A stretch of 64,000 bases of DNA from an uncultured Bacteroidales bacterium (GTDB lineage Bacteria > Bacteroidota > Bacteroidia > Bacteroidales > UBA3663): contig CALBPV010000005.1 in assembly GCA_937899265.1 (NCBI GenBank), positions 1,041 through 65,040 of the forward strand, given 5' to 3'. Each line of letters starts with the position of its first letter. The stretch's first letter is position 1. Of this stretch, positions 36,041 to 46,564 are shown one piece after another. Position numbers and translations under genes: made by a program. A model generated the notes under the pieces. That model was not told the origin of the DNA, ran no database searches, and saw nothing but the letters and a program-made list of their open reading frames with translations.

Positions 36041-38014
36041 ATGGCAACATTAGAAGAAGTCAAAGCAGACTTACGATATTTAGAGCTCCTGGCCAACAAT
36101 TTTCCCACCGTCACGGCAGCGACTACAGAGATTATCAATCTCGAAGCAATCATGAACTTGCCCAAAGGCACAGAGCATTTCCTCAGTGACCTTCACGGCG
36201 AGGTCAGTGCATTCCAGCATGTGCTCAACAACGCTTCGGGTGTCATCCGCCGCAAAGTGGACGACATCTTCGGCATGTCGATGCGCGAGCAGGACAAACG
36301 GGCACTGTGCGCCCTCATCTACTATCCTGAGGAACGTCTCCGCCTCGTGCGTGAACAGGAGATGGACGTGAAGGACTGGTATCGCATCACGCTCCATCAA
36401 GTGGTGGCTGTGGCTCGCATGGTCTCCTCGAAATACACGCGCTCTAAAGTGCGCAAGCTTCTGCCTACTGACTTTGCTTACGTCATCGAAGAATTGCTCC
36501 ACGAAGACCAAAGCGAACCGGACAAACAGAACTACTATGCGGGAATCATCAACTCGATAGTCGATGTGAACCGTGCCGAGCAGTTCATCATCGCCATCTG
36601 CGAACTCATCCACCGTCTCGTCATCGACACACTCCACATCGTGGGCGACGTTTACGACCGTGGCCCCGGAGCGTGCCGAATCATGGAGATTCTGTCGAAA
36701 TATCACGACTACGACATCCAATGGGGCAACCACGACATCTCATGGATGGGAGCCGCCTCGGGCAACCGCGCCCTGATGGCCAACGTTCTGCGCATCTCGA
36801 TTCGCTATGCCAATGTGGAGACGCTCGAAGAAGGTTATTCCATCAACCTCCTTCCGCTGGCCACTTTTGCCATCGACACCTACGGCAATGACCCCTGCAC
36901 CGTATTCCAGTCGAAAGACTTCGAAAACAACCAGCGCATGAAACGTTCGCTCCAACTCATGTCGAGGATGCACAAAGCCATCTCCATCATCCAATTCAAA
37001 CTCGAAGGACAGACCATTCTCCGTCATCCCGAGTACGGCATGAACGACCGTCTGCTGCTCGACAAGATAGACTACGAGCGCGGGGTGCTCTGTCTCAACG
37101 GCAAAGAATATCCCCTCACCGACACCAACTTCCCCACCATAGACCCCCAAAATCCCTATAAGCTGAGTGCCGAAGAAGAAGCTCTCATGGACCAGATAGC
37201 CCATTCCTTCTTCACCAGCGAGAAACTCCAGCAACATCTGCGCATCTTCTACCAACACGGAGCCTTGTATCTCACCCGCAACAACTGTCTGCTCTATCAC
37301 GCCGCCATTCCGCTCAATCCGGACGGCACCTTCGAGGAGGTTTTGGTGGACGGCACGCTTTGGAAGGGCAAAGAACTGATGAAAAAGTGCGACTCCATGA
37401 TACGCAAAGCATACTTTGCCCCGTGGGGTTCCGGCGAACGAGCCCAGGCTCTCGATTTCATGTGGTATCTCTGGTGCGGTCCCAAGTCGCCGCTTTATAA
37501 CAAAGACAAGATGACGACCCTGGAACGGTATTTCACCACCGACAAGGAATTGTATCGCGAAGTGAAGGGAGCCTATTACGAGCTGGCCAACACACGCGAA
37601 ACCTGCGAAAACATCCTCCGGGAGTTCGGTCTCGATCCTTCCAAGAGCCGCATCATCAACGGTCACATACCCGTGCGCACCCAATTGGGAGAGTCTCCCA
37701 TGCGAGCCGAAGGCATGCGTCTCGTCATCGACGGCGGTTTCTCCAAGGCTTACCACAAGACGACAGGCATCGCCGGCTACACGCTCATCTACAACAGTCA
37801 CGGCATCCAGCTCATCCAACACGAAGCGTTCAATTCGATAGACGATGCCGTGTCGAAGGGTATAGACATCCACTCCCGCTTCGAACTGGAGAAATTCAAT
37901 CACCGCATGTCGGTGCGCGAAACAGACCACGGGCGGGAACTCACCCAGCAGGTGCAACTGCTCGAAAAACTGCTGTATGCCTACCGCAACGGCCTGATTA
38001 AAGAGAAGAAATGA
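36041..38014 (+). CDS. fbp: Class 3 (Firmicutes/Bacteroidota-type) fructose-1,6-bisphosphatase.
   Basis: At ~657 aa, it starts 'MATLEEVKADLRYLELLANNFPT' and carries the metallophosphoesterase signature 'EHFLSDLHGE' and 'IVGDVYDRGP'. The track ORF start 35294 lies inside folC. Confidence 0.9.
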   Translation: MATLEEVKADLRYLELLANNFPTVTAATTEIINLEAIMNLPKGTEHFLSDLHGEVSAFQHVLNNASGVIRRKVDDIFGMSMREQDKRALCALIYYPEERLRLVREQEMDVKDWYRITLHQVVAVARMVSSKYTRSKVRKLLPTDFAYVIEELLHEDQSEPDKQNYYAGIINSIVDVNRAEQFIIAICELIHRLVIDTLHIVGDVYDRGPGACRIMEILSKYHDYDIQWGNHDISWMGAASGNRALMANVLRISIRYANVETLEEGYSINLLPLATFAIDTYGNDPCTVFQSKDFENNQRMKRSLQLMSRMHKAISIIQFKLEGQTILRHPEYGMNDRLLLDKIDYERGVLCLNGKEYPLTDTNFPTIDPQNPYKLSAEEEALMDQIAHSFFTSEKLQQHLRIFYQHGALYLTRNNCLLYHAAIPLNPDGTFEEVLVDGTLWKGKELMKKCDSMIRKAYFAPWGSGERAQALDFMWYLWCGPKSPLYNKDKMTTLERYFTTDKELYREVKGAYYELANTRETCENILREFGLDPSKSRIINGHIPVRTQLGESPMRAEGMRLVIDGGFSKAYHKTTGIAGYTLIYNSHGIQLIQHEAFNSIDDAVSKGIDIHSRFELEKFNHRMSVRETDHGRELTQQVQLLEKLLYAYRNGLIKEKK

Positions 38015-39162
38015 CATTCGACGACATCATAGGACAATCGGAGGCCATCCGAAGCCTTCGTGCCGCCATCGACAACAACCGTCTGCCCCACGCCCTGCTC
38101 ATCGCCGGTCACGAAGGCACGGGCGGTCTGCCCTTGGCCTGGGCTGCTGCCCAATACATACTCTGCACCCACAAAAACGAAAAGGGAGAAATCTGCGGAG
38201 ACTGTCCCGACTGCGTACAGGCGGCCAAAGCGGCTCATCCGGATCTCCATTGGGTCTATCCTGTCATTAACAAAGGAAGCGGTTCTTCATCGGTCAGCAC
38301 CGACTATGCCCGGGAGTGGCGTCAGGCTCTTATCGCCAATCCGTGGATGAGCCTCTCCCAGTGGGTTCGGGCGATGAGCAACGACGAGAATGCCAACAAA
38401 CAGGCCAAAATCTTCGTGACGGAGGCTGCCGAAATCGTGCGGAAACTCTCCACCAAACCGCTCCAAAACGATTGGCGTGTGCTGATTCTATGGATGCCGG
38501 AACTGCTCAACGAAGATGCAGCCAACAAACTGCTCAAAATCATCGAAGAACCATACGACCATACCTGCCTCATGCTTGTGTCGGCCAATCCGGAGAGAAT
38601 CATCGGCACGATACGCAGCCGTGTGCAAAGACTCAATCTCCCGCTGCTGCCCGAAGAGGTGATTGCCGAAGCTTTGAACCAACGGTTCGGAACCTCACCG
38701 GCCAAAGCTTCCGAGATAGCGCACCTCAGTCACGGCTCGTGGATTACGGCACAGGAACTCCTCGCCAACGACGAGACACGAGCCTATTTCCTCGAGAAAT
38801 TCACGGCCATGATGCGCCTCAGCTATGCACGCCGTCTCTTCGACATGAAAACCTGGAGCGAGGAGATGGCCTCGCTCACCCGCGAAAAACAATGTGCATA
38901 CCTTCAGTTTGCCCAGTCTCAAATCAGAGAAAACTTCATCCTCAACTTCCAACAGCCCGACATCATCTACCAGTCCGAAGAGGAGGCTCAGTTCTCGACC
39001 CGGTTCCATCCCTTCGTGAACCACAAAAACGTGGTGGGTATCATGAACGAACTCAGTCTCGCCGAACGTGATGTCAACCAGAACGTCAATTCAAAAATGG
39101 TGTTCTTCGACCTTGCCCTGCGGCTCATTATGCTCCTCAAAGCCCAAGAGAAATCCGGCTGA
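38011..39162 (+). CDS. holB: DNA polymerase III subunit delta'.
   Basis: Motifs are 'LPHALLIAGHEGTGGLPLA' and the zinc module 'CGDCPDC', followed by 'RSRVQRLNL'. Its start overlaps the fbp stop (ATGA). Confidence 0.85.
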   Translation: MTFDDIIGQSEAIRSLRAAIDNNRLPHALLIAGHEGTGGLPLAWAAAQYILCTHKNEKGEICGDCPDCVQAAKAAHPDLHWVYPVINKGSGSSSVSTDYAREWRQALIANPWMSLSQWVRAMSNDENANKQAKIFVTEAAEIVRKLSTKPLQNDWRVLILWMPELLNEDAANKLLKIIEEPYDHTCLMLVSANPERIIGTIRSRVQRLNLPLLPEEVIAEALNQRFGTSPAKASEIAHLSHGSWITAQELLANDETRAYFLEKFTAMMRLSYARRLFDMKTWSEEMASLTREKQCAYLQFAQSQIRENFILNFQQPDIIYQSEEEAQFSTRFHPFVNHKNVVGIMNELSLAERDVNQNVNSKMVFFDLALRLIMLLKAQEKSG

Positions 39163-39297
39163 AGAATACTGCCGCCCAGCCTCCCCGCAAAAGAAAGAAG
39201 AAGACCATCTCCCGATGCCCTTCTTCACTAATCTTAAATCTAATACCATGAAAAACACGGGACAAATATAATCTTTTTTTCACAAAAACAACAACAG

Positions 39298-39343
39298 AGA
39301 TGAAAGAAATCGGGAATGATTTTAAATGATTTAACTTTCATCT
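39298..39343. terminator. AT-rich hairpin between convergent holB and pgeF, a possible bidirectional terminator.
   Basis: AGATGAAAG (39298-39306) and CTTTCATCT (39335-39343) form a 9-bp perfect inverted repeat with a 28-nt loop, followed by TTGTT. Confidence 0.35.
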
Positions 39344-39383
39344 TTGTTCAGAAGAGCATCTAAAGATTTTTTAAGGAAAAAAA

Positions 39384-40172
39384 TCAAGTCTGCTTCATCA
39401 TAATACAAGAAGCCATCCTGCCGGACTTGACACCAATGCGCCGGGCGGAGAACAGACGGTCGGGATTTTGCCATGTACAGAAGGGAGTACAATCCATCCG
39501 GTCGAGTTCGAGACCGGCCTCCAGAAGATCCTCGACATTCGACTGCCAAAGATCGACGTGCGGCTTGACATAGCCCTCACGGGAGACACAATCCCCGCGT
39601 CCTGCTGCTGCAAAAGCCTCGGCGACCTCCTCTCCCACCTCAAAAGCGGCAGGAGAAATGGACGGCCCTATCGCCGCGTATATATCCGAGGGCTTGCTGC
39701 CTGAAAGAGCCTGCATACGCGAAACGGCTTTTTTTACAATATGTTTCACCGTGCCGCGCCATCCTGCATGAACAGCCGCAACGGTTTCTGTAGCAGCATC
39801 ATACAACAACACCGGCACACAGTCGGCTGTGGATATGCCTATGAGAAAGTTTTTCTCCCGCGTTATCACCCCGTCCGCCTCCAAAGCCTGCGGCGTGCCG
39901 GCCTCCACGACAGCTATCTCGTCGCCGTGCACCTGACGGGGAAACCACATCCGCGAAACGGGAATGCCGACGGCATCGGCCACAGCCTGACGGCAAGCCG
40001 CCACGTGGGCGGAAGTGTCGCCGCTATAGTCGCAGAGATTCCATTCAGAATAGGGATTGCCGTCGGCAACCTCGCCCCGCAAGGTGAAAAAATGAGCCAA
40101 AGCGGACTGTCCGAGGAGCAGTTCGCTTTGAAGTACGGGAATATTCTGAATCCGGGATTCTTTCATCACCAA
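39384..40172 (-). CDS. pgeF: YfiH/PgeF-family (DUF152) peptidoglycan editing factor / purine nucleoside phosphorylase.
   Basis: Family motifs are '[11 protein letters not shown]', 'AVHAGWRGT' and 'CTFC...FSARR'. Confidence 0.85.
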   Translation of the reverse strand: MVMKESRIQNIPVLQSELLLGQSALAHFFTLRGEVADGNPYSEWNLCDYSGDTSAHVAACRQAVADAVGIPVSRMWFPRQVHGDEIAVVEAGTPQALEADGVITREKNFLIGISTADCVPVLLYDAATETVAAVHAGWRGTVKHIVKKAVSRMQALSGSKPSDIYAAIGPSISPAAFEVGEEVAEAFAAAGRGDCVSREGYVKPHVDLWQSNVEDLLEAGLELDRMDCTPFCTWQNPDRLFSARRIGVKSGRMASCIMMKQT

Positions 40173-41299
40173 TCCACTTCAATGTCACCGGACTCTTCGG
40201 CCACCGGTCCTTCATGTCCGAAGGGGTCGTATTCCTCATAGTTGTCCTCGTCGGATGGCCGGGAAACATCCAGATTGCGATGTGTGAAAGTCTGAATACG
40301 ATTGGACTCATCATTGAGGATGTTCCAAAGGGCATCCTTCAACTCCGAAAGACCCAAGCCGGAGACCGCAGAAATAAAGACGGCAGGAATTCCGTCGGGC
40401 AATTCGGCACGCATCTGCTCAATGAGTTCGTCATCCAGCATATCACATTTGGTGATGGCCAACAGACGCTGTTTGTCCATCAGCTCGGGATTGTATTTGG
40501 TGAGTTCCCCGAGCAGGATTTCATAATCTTTGCGAATATCGGCGGTATCGGCGGGAATCATGAAGAGGAGTACCGAGTTGCGTTCGATATGTCGCAAGAA
40601 ACGGAGTCCGATGCCTTTTCCTTCAGAAGCTCCCTCGATGATGCCGGGAATATCAGCCATCACAAACGAACGGTTGTCGCGATAGGGAACGAGCCCCAAC
40701 ATGGGTTCGAGGGTGGTGAAGGGATAGTCGGCAATCTTGGGTTTGGCCTTAGACAAGGCGGAAACAAGGGTGGATTTTCCGGCATTGGGGAACCCCACCA
40801 AACCCACATCGGCCAAAAGCTTCAGTTCAAGAATGACAGTACGCTCCACCGAAGGTTCGCCGGGCTGCGCATAGCGGGGAGTCTGGTTGGTCGCCGAGCG
40901 GAACTGCCAGTTGCCCAAACCTCCTCGGCCTCCCTTGAGCAGGGTGAGTGTCTGTCCGTCCTCGGTAATCTCTGCCAGATACTCTCCGGTCTCGGCATCG
41001 TAGGCCACCGTGCCGCACGGCACTTCGACGGTCACCGACTCGCCGTCCTTTCCGTGACTTTTGTTTTCGCCGCCCCGCTGTCCGTCGCCGGCAAAGATAT
41101 GCCGCTGATAGCGAAGATGAAGGAGCGTCCAAAAGTTACGGTTGCCGTGCAGGATGACATCGCCGCCCTTACCGCCATCGCCGCCGTCGGGGCCTCCCTT
41201 GGGTAGATATTTGGCTGTGTGAAGGTGCATACACCCTGCTCCGCCCTTTCCGGAACGGCAGTAAATCTTGACGTAATCGACGAAATTGGTTTCTGCCAT
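40166..41299 (-). CDS. obg: GTPase Obg/CgtA.
   Basis: The Obg fold is '[18 protein letters not shown]...[14 protein letters not shown]'. The G-domain motifs are 'GFPNAGKST' and 'DIPG'. Confidence 0.95.
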   Translation of the reverse strand: MAETNFVDYVKIYCRSGKGGAGCMHLHTAKYLPKGGPDGGDGGKGGDVILHGNRNFWTLLHLRYQRHIFAGDGQRGGENKSHGKDGESVTVEVPCGTVAYDAETGEYLAEITEDGQTLTLLKGGRGGLGNWQFRSATNQTPRYAQPGEPSVERTVILELKLLADVGLVGFPNAGKSTLVSALSKAKPKIADYPFTTLEPMLGLVPYRDNRSFVMADIPGIIEGASEGKGIGLRFLRHIERNSVLLFMIPADTADIRKDYEILLGELTKYNPELMDKQRLLAITKCDMLDDELIEQMRAELPDGIPAVFISAVSGLGLSELKDALWNILNDESNRIQTFTHRNLDVSRPSDEDNYEEYDPFGHEGPVAEESGDIEVDW

Positions 41300-41302
41300 G
41301 AG

Positions 41303-41884
41303 TTATTTGACGGCTTCGATAGCGGCCTTGATATCGCTGTAGATGCGGTCGATGGAGCCTACGCCTTCTATGCGTGCGTACTTGCCCTGCCGGATGTAGA
41401 ACTCACGCAGGGGCTGAGTCTGTGCGTGATAGGTCTCAAGACGCTTCCGGGCTGTCTCCTCATTGTCATCGCTGCGGCCGGAGGTCTGTCCGCGCAGGAT
41501 GATACGCTTGACGAGCTCGGCATCATCGACCTCGAGTCCTATGACTGTCGATACCTTTTCGCCGCGTTCCGCCAGCATCTTGTCGAGGATTTTGGCCTGT
41601 TCGATGTCGCGGGGGAATCCGTCGAAAATCACACCGGGAACAGACTTGCCCAAGCTGTCGAGCACAGAGGCAAGAATGCCCACCACAAGTTCATCGGGCA
41701 CAAGCTGTCCCTTCTCGATGTAGCCTTTGGCGGTCTTTCCGAGTTCTGTCTCCTTCTTGATTTCATTGCGAAGCGCATCGCCGGTAGAGATGTGCGCCAC
41801 GCCGTATTCGGCGATAATCTTGTCGCTCTGGGTGCCTTTGCCGGAACCGGGGGCACCGAAAATTACGATATTCAGCATTTTCAA
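41303..41884 (-). CDS. adk: Adenylate kinase.
   Basis: The P-loop is 'IFGAPGSGKGTQ', with 'FDGFPR' also present. It is ~190 aa, the short type without a zinc lid. Confidence 0.95.
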   Translation of the reverse strand: MKMLNIVIFGAPGSGKGTQSDKIIAEYGVAHISTGDALRNEIKKETELGKTAKGYIEKGQLVPDELVVGILASVLDSLGKSVPGVIFDGFPRDIEQAKILDKMLAERGEKVSTVIGLEVDDAELVKRIILRGQTSGRSDDNEETARKRLETYHAQTQPLREFYIRQGKYARIEGVGSIDRIYSDIKAAIEAVK

Positions 41885-41930
41885 TTAAGTGATTGCAGTT
41901 TGTTGTTGTTAAATATGAAATGTTTGGAAC

Positions 41931-42473
41931 TTATTCGTTGAGCACGTAAATGTCGGGCAGATTGCGTCCCTCCTCGTCGTAGTCGAGGCCGTAACCCACG
42001 ATGAAGTCGTTGGGAATCTCGAGGGCACAGTAGTCGATGTGGAGCGTGGGCACCTTGAGGGCGGCAGGCTTGCGCAAGAGGGTTGAAACATAGACATGGG
42101 CGGCACCGAGGTCATAGAGCTGCGCAATCATGCGATCCATCGTGTAACCGGAATCGACAATATCCTCGACCACCACAACCGTGCGACCCACCATCGACTC
42201 GTGGAGAGAGGCGATGGTCTTGACTTTGCCGGAGGTGTTCATACCCTCGTAGGACTTCATGCGCATGAAGGTAATCTGCGAGGGAATGGTGATGCGCCGA
42301 TAGAGATCGGCAGCAAAGATAAAGGCTCCGTTGAGGACAGCCACAAAGATGGGATTTTTGTTGGCAAGATCGGCATTGATGCGGGCAGCAACCCGATCCA
42401 CGGCTTCCAGAATCTCCGCCTGTGTGAGATAGAGACGGAATTCACGGTCTTTGACTTTGACTATATTTTCCAT
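41931..42473 (-). CDS. hpt: Hypoxanthine(-guanine) phosphoribosyltransferase.
   Basis: The PRPP-binding motif is 'VVVVEDIVDSGYTM'. It is 180 aa. Confidence 0.9.
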   Translation of the reverse strand: MENIVKVKDREFRLYLTQAEILEAVDRVAARINADLANKNPIFVAVLNGAFIFAADLYRRITIPSQITFMRMKSYEGMNTSGKVKTIASLHESMVGRTVVVVEDIVDSGYTMDRMIAQLYDLGAAHVYVSTLLRKPAALKVPTLHIDYCALEIPNDFIVGYGLDYDEEGRNLPDIYVLNE

Positions 42474-42476
42474 AAT

Positions 42477-44072
42477 TCATTTATAGTATTGGAGGGAACG
42501 GAATTCAACCTTTTTACAGTAACCTTGGGCATCATAAGTATTGCGGCGTGTCCAGTTTCCGTAAGAGTCGTATTCGTAATCATAGGTTTCCTCGACTTCG
42601 CCTTTGCTGACATGGACAGAGTCGTCGTTCTGATGATTGTAAATATAATCGGTGAGGACGGTATCGCCGTTTTGGATATAAAGAGACTGCACCAGATGTC
42701 CGTCGCTGATGGTGGATACGTTGTCGTAGGAATTGCCGTATGCCGTAACATCGAAATGGGTTCGAGACACATAGTCTCTGTTGCCCTCTCCTTCGTAGGT
42801 GATTGCAATCGAATAGAAGGGAGTGTCATCTTCAGTCTTACGTGTCTCATAGTGGGTTGTGCGTCCGTAAGTGTCGCGCGTCTCCGTGATGTTGAGCAGG
42901 CCGTACATCGTATTGACATTGTCGCGGCTGACCGTACCGAACCCGTCGGCATCGTATTCGAAGCGAGCCACTACGCTGTCCTTTTCGTTACGATAGGCAA
43001 TGTCGCGTCCCTTTTTGTCACGTTCATGCAACTCGGCATTCATCTTCCTCGACTTGAAAAGGTGAGTCCGAATATAACGTGCTCCGTTTTCGAAGTTCTG
43101 TACTTTGAGGGTTCCGAGATCGTCATCGTTGTAGAGAGTGGCGATGAGAACCGTATCCCCCTTGGCATCCAGACGGTATTTATAGCTGTAATGAAAGGTC
43201 GAACCGTTCTCGTAGATGATGTCTTCGGCAGCGGGAGCCGTGCCGTTATCACCATACATACAAGTTGTTCGCTTAACGAGATGCGCAGTGTCGTTCCTGA
43301 ATTTGTAACGTTCTGTCTGTGTCATCCTTCCGGAAGTGTCATATTCATAAACGAGGTGGATGCTGTCTCCGCTCTCAGTACCCTCAGAGCGCAAGAGAAG
43401 ACCGTCTGCACTGTAAGTATTCCGAGTCGATTCTCCCACGCGCCAAGTGCCGGATTTATAATTCTGATAACGCCTCGTCAGAATGCGTCCGGCCGCATCA
43501 TAAGTATAGTCATAGCGATGAAGGCCGTTGTCGGCTGATACCACATGTCCGTTGTCGTCGGTCACAACTTCCATCTTACCCCCGTGATATTCCGGAGGAT
43601 CGCTGAATACCGACCAAAGACCCAAGGTCAGGAGATTGAATAAGAAATCCTCCTCTTCCCCGTTTGTGTTGACCATTTCATCAATGGGATAGCCATACTC
43701 ATCGTAGTTGGTCTGCAGAATAATCTTTCCGTTCTCCTCCATGCGATAACGAAGGCTCTTTGCCCCGTTTGCCTGATAGGATTCGTACCAAAAGCCGTCG
43801 GGATCCATGAAATAATCGCGCCGGTCGGTAAAGCGTCCATCACAGTCGAAACGCATCAAGTTGGATCCGGATGCGGAAGGATGCAGATTGGCAAGTGTAT
43901 AGTCGGCATCCGGATTCTTCTTGAGAGGAACGCGAATGTCGAACGAAACGGTGAGTACCTCCTTCACATTGCCGCGCAATTCCTTTTTCTCACGGTCGGA
44001 GAGATTGGACTTGGAGCAAGAAACTACAGACAGACCCACAGCAAGCAGGACGAGAAGAGAATAAGGTTTCAT
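42477..44072 (-). CDS. YD/RHS-repeat lipoprotein with no recognisable toxin domain.
   Basis: The likely start is 'MKPYSLLVLLAVGLSVVSC', which includes a lipobox; the track start 44108 is 12 codons upstream. Repeated YD motifs are 'YDYTYDAAGRILTRRY', 'YEYDTSGRMTQTERY', 'FEYDADGFG' and 'YDYEYDSYGNWTRR'. Confidence 0.6.
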   Translation of the reverse strand: MKPYSLLVLLAVGLSVVSCSKSNLSDREKKELRGNVKEVLTVSFDIRVPLKKNPDADYTLANLHPSASGSNLMRFDCDGRFTDRRDYFMDPDGFWYESYQANGAKSLRYRMEENGKIILQTNYDEYGYPIDEMVNTNGEEEDFLFNLLTLGLWSVFSDPPEYHGGKMEVVTDDNGHVVSADNGLHRYDYTYDAAGRILTRRYQNYKSGTWRVGESTRNTYSADGLLLRSEGTESGDSIHLVYEYDTSGRMTQTERYKFRNDTAHLVKRTTCMYGDNGTAPAAEDIIYENGSTFHYSYKYRLDAKGDTVLIATLYNDDDLGTLKVQNFENGARYIRTHLFKSRKMNAELHERDKKGRDIAYRNEKDSVVARFEYDADGFGTVSRDNVNTMYGLLNITETRDTYGRTTHYETRKTEDDTPFYSIAITYEGEGNRDYVSRTHFDVTAYGNSYDNVSTISDGHLVQSLYIQNGDTVLTDYIYNHQNDDSVHVSKGEVEETYDYEYDSYGNWTRRNTYDAQGYCKKVEFRSLQYYK

Positions 44073-44115
44073 ACTGATTCTTGTTTGGGGGAATTTGGCA
44101 TGTAACAAAGAATGA

Positions 44116-45720
44116 TTATTCGATGCCCTTCATCATCTTCTTCAGCAGCGGGCAGAGGCAGAACAGCAGGATGGCTGCCACACCGGCCATAACGGCGAAG
44201 AGCATGAAGAACTGGTCAAGGGTGCCAATCTCGAAACCGAGGAACGACTTGGCAGGCTGACCCTCGACGGGGAGCAGTGTAGCCAGGTTGCCTGCCAGGA
44301 TGTTGGATGCCGCATTGGACATGAACCAAACACCCATGAGAAGAGAAGCCAAGTGGGCAGGAGACAGCTTGTTGACCATAGAGAGACCGATGGGCGAAAG
44401 CGAGAGTTCGCCGAGCGTGTGGATGAAATAGAGAGCCAAAAGCCAGAACATCGAAACCTTCACACCGGGCTCAAGTCCCTTGGTGGCAAAAGCGATGACG
44501 AAATAGCCGATGGAAAGCAGGGAGAGACCGATGGCCTGCTTGACAGGCGAAGCGGGTTCAAGATTCCGCTTGCCGAGGAAACTCCACAGGGAAGCCATAA
44601 TGGGCGCGAACGACACAACCACGATGGGGTTGATGCTCTGGAACCAAGTGGTCTTGAACTCCAGGGAACCCAACATGCGGTCCACCTGCTTGTCGGCAAA
44701 GATGGTGAGCGAAGAACCGGCCTGCTCGAAGGCACTCCAGAAGAATATCACAAAGACGGCGATGATGTAAATCACACCGATGCGGCTCTTCTCCACACCC
44801 GTCAGCGTGCGGTCGGTGATGATGAACACGGGCAGCGCGATAGAGAGGGCATAGATGGCAGCCGAGATATAATCATTGAAAGATTCCGTGTTCCAGGCGA
44901 ACAGGCAGAAAAGTGCCACGGCACCTGTAATGCACCCCCAAAGGCGGAAGGGAGAGTTCTTGCGGGCACGGCGTTCAGCCTCGGCATCATTATCCTCGAC
45001 AGCTTCCTTTTGGTGAAGAAGTTCGCTCTTGGCAGGCGGCAGGCCGATGCCCAATCCTTCAGGCGTGACAAGATATTTGTCCTTGAGGGCGACAAAGACC
45101 ACAACCGAGAGAATCATGGCGATGCATGCCGCTAGGAAGCCCCACTTGAAGGGTGAAAGGTCGTTCCAGGAGCCTTCGCCCAACGTACCGCAGACAAACG
45201 GAGCGATGAAAGCGCCCACATTGATGCCCATGTAGAAAATGGTGAAGGCAGCATCTTTGCGCTTGTCGGTCGGCGTGTAGAGGTCACCCACCATCGTCGA
45301 GATATTGGGTTTGAAGAAGCCGTTGCCCATAATCAGACATCCCAGACCGAGGAAGAGGAAGACGAGGGAAAGGGAGTTGTCCACACCCGGGTCGATGGCT
45401 CCGTTGGCCGAGAAGATGGATTGATGAACGAAACATGCGCTGAGGAACATGAAGAACTGACCGAGAGCCATCGTCAACCCGCCGACGACGATACTCCTGC
45501 GATTGCCCCAATAGCGGTCGGAAATCCATCCGCCAAGGAGAGGAGTCAGATAAACGAGGCCCGTATAGGAGCCGTAAATTTGGGAAGACATGCTGCTGTC
45601 GAAAAACGCAGCCACGAGATAAAGCACAAAGAGTGCACGCATGCCGTAGTAGCTGAAACGTTCAGCCATCTCGGTCACAAACAAAAGATACAATCCTTTG
45701 GGGTGTCCTGAATTTGCCAT
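44116..45720 (-). CDS. POT/PTR2-family proton-dependent di/tripeptide transporter (MFS).
   Basis: The N-terminal signature is 'GHPKGLYLLFVTEMAERFSYYGMRALFVLYL'. It has ~14 hydrophobic segments and 'GGWISDRYWG'. Confidence 0.9.
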   Translation of the reverse strand: MANSGHPKGLYLLFVTEMAERFSYYGMRALFVLYLVAAFFDSSMSSQIYGSYTGLVYLTPLLGGWISDRYWGNRRSIVVGGLTMALGQFFMFLSACFVHQSIFSANGAIDPGVDNSLSLVFLFLGLGCLIMGNGFFKPNISTMVGDLYTPTDKRKDAAFTIFYMGINVGAFIAPFVCGTLGEGSWNDLSPFKWGFLAACIAMILSVVVFVALKDKYLVTPEGLGIGLPPAKSELLHQKEAVEDNDAEAERRARKNSPFRLWGCITGAVALFCLFAWNTESFNDYISAAIYALSIALPVFIITDRTLTGVEKSRIGVIYIIAVFVIFFWSAFEQAGSSLTIFADKQVDRMLGSLEFKTTWFQSINPIVVVSFAPIMASLWSFLGKRNLEPASPVKQAIGLSLLSIGYFVIAFATKGLEPGVKVSMFWLLALYFIHTLGELSLSPIGLSMVNKLSPAHLASLLMGVWFMSNAASNILAGNLATLLPVEGQPAKSFLGFEIGTLDQFFMLFAVMAGVAAILLFCLCPLLKKMMKGIE

Positions 45721-45764
45721 TTTTGCTATGTATTGTTTCCTAATTTGTAATTTAAAATTTGGCG

Positions 45765-45772
45765 CGAAGATA
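45765..45772 (-). promoter_or_regulatory. Imperfect -7 box (TATCTTCG on the - strand). It may drive the POT / YD / hpt / adk / obg / pgeF gene string.
   Basis: The + strand CGAAGATA has one mismatch to TAnnTTTG. It lies 45 nt upstream of the start at 45720. The downstream genes are separated by gaps of at most 46 nt or overlap. Confidence 0.4.
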
Positions 45773-45904
45773 CAAAAAAAAATTCATTTCAGCGGTATGA
45801 AAGTCCAAAATTCATGCATTTTGGAAATCAAAAACGCATTTTTCGGTTCATTTTGTAATGTGCACGATGATTTTTGGTTCCCTTTTTCCGTTCCCCGAAC
45901 AGAA

Positions 45905-46426
45905 TCAGGAAGGCTGCCGAATCGGATTTGCGGGCAGGGCTCCCAACTCGATGACTTCCATGTCGCGAATCTGTCCGGCGTCGAGTGTGAAACGAATCAT
46001 TGTACGGACCACTTGCTGCCCGTAAGTTCCGGCAGCACCGGGATTGACGACCAGCATATTGAGTCTGTGGTCGAACATCACTTTACAGATATGGGAATGA
46101 CCGCAAACGAAAAGACGGGGAGGATTCTGACGGAGGCGCGCATAGACATCGGCAGAATAATGTCCCGGATAACCGCCTATGTGCGTCATCCACACAGAAA
46201 CGCCTTCGAGGGTAAAACGCAGGTCGCCGGGATATCTCAGACGAAGTTCCCGGGAATCGATGTTGCCACAGACCATCCTGCAGGGTTTCAGAGCTTCCAA
46301 ACGGTCGGCCACCGAAGTGCTTCCCACGTCTCCGGCATGCCAGATTTCGTCGCATTCACTGAAATACGTTTCATAACGGTCGTCCCAGCATCCGTGGGTG
46401 TCGGAAAGGAGTCCAATGCGTAGCAT
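45905..46426 (-). CDS. YfcE/MJ0936-family metallophosphoesterase.
   Basis: Motifs are 'IGLLSDTHG', 'HAGDV', 'GNID' and 'GHSH'. It is 173 aa. Confidence 0.8.
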   Translation of the reverse strand: MLRIGLLSDTHGCWDDRYETYFSECDEIWHAGDVGSTSVADRLEALKPCRMVCGNIDSRELRLRYPGDLRFTLEGVSVWMTHIGGYPGHYSADVYARLRQNPPRLFVCGHSHICKVMFDHRLNMLVVNPGAAGTYGQQVVRTMIRFTLDAGQIRDMEVIELGALPANPIRQPS

Positions 46427-46516
46427 AGAATTGACAAAAAAGGGTTAAAGACAATTAAATTCGCAAAGTTTGGCAGATTTTACACCAAAAACGAGGCAGA
46501 TCTCGAAAATAATTCG

Positions 46517-46524
46517 TATCTTTG
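46517..46524 (+). promoter_or_regulatory. Bacteroidota -7 box TATCTTTG for pepT-aroA.
   Basis: The context is 'TTCGTATCTTTGCGCG', 41 nt upstream of the ATG at 46565. Confidence 0.7.
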
Positions 46525-46564
46525 CGCGTTATTATAACGTACAAACTGACAAAAAATTGTAAAA

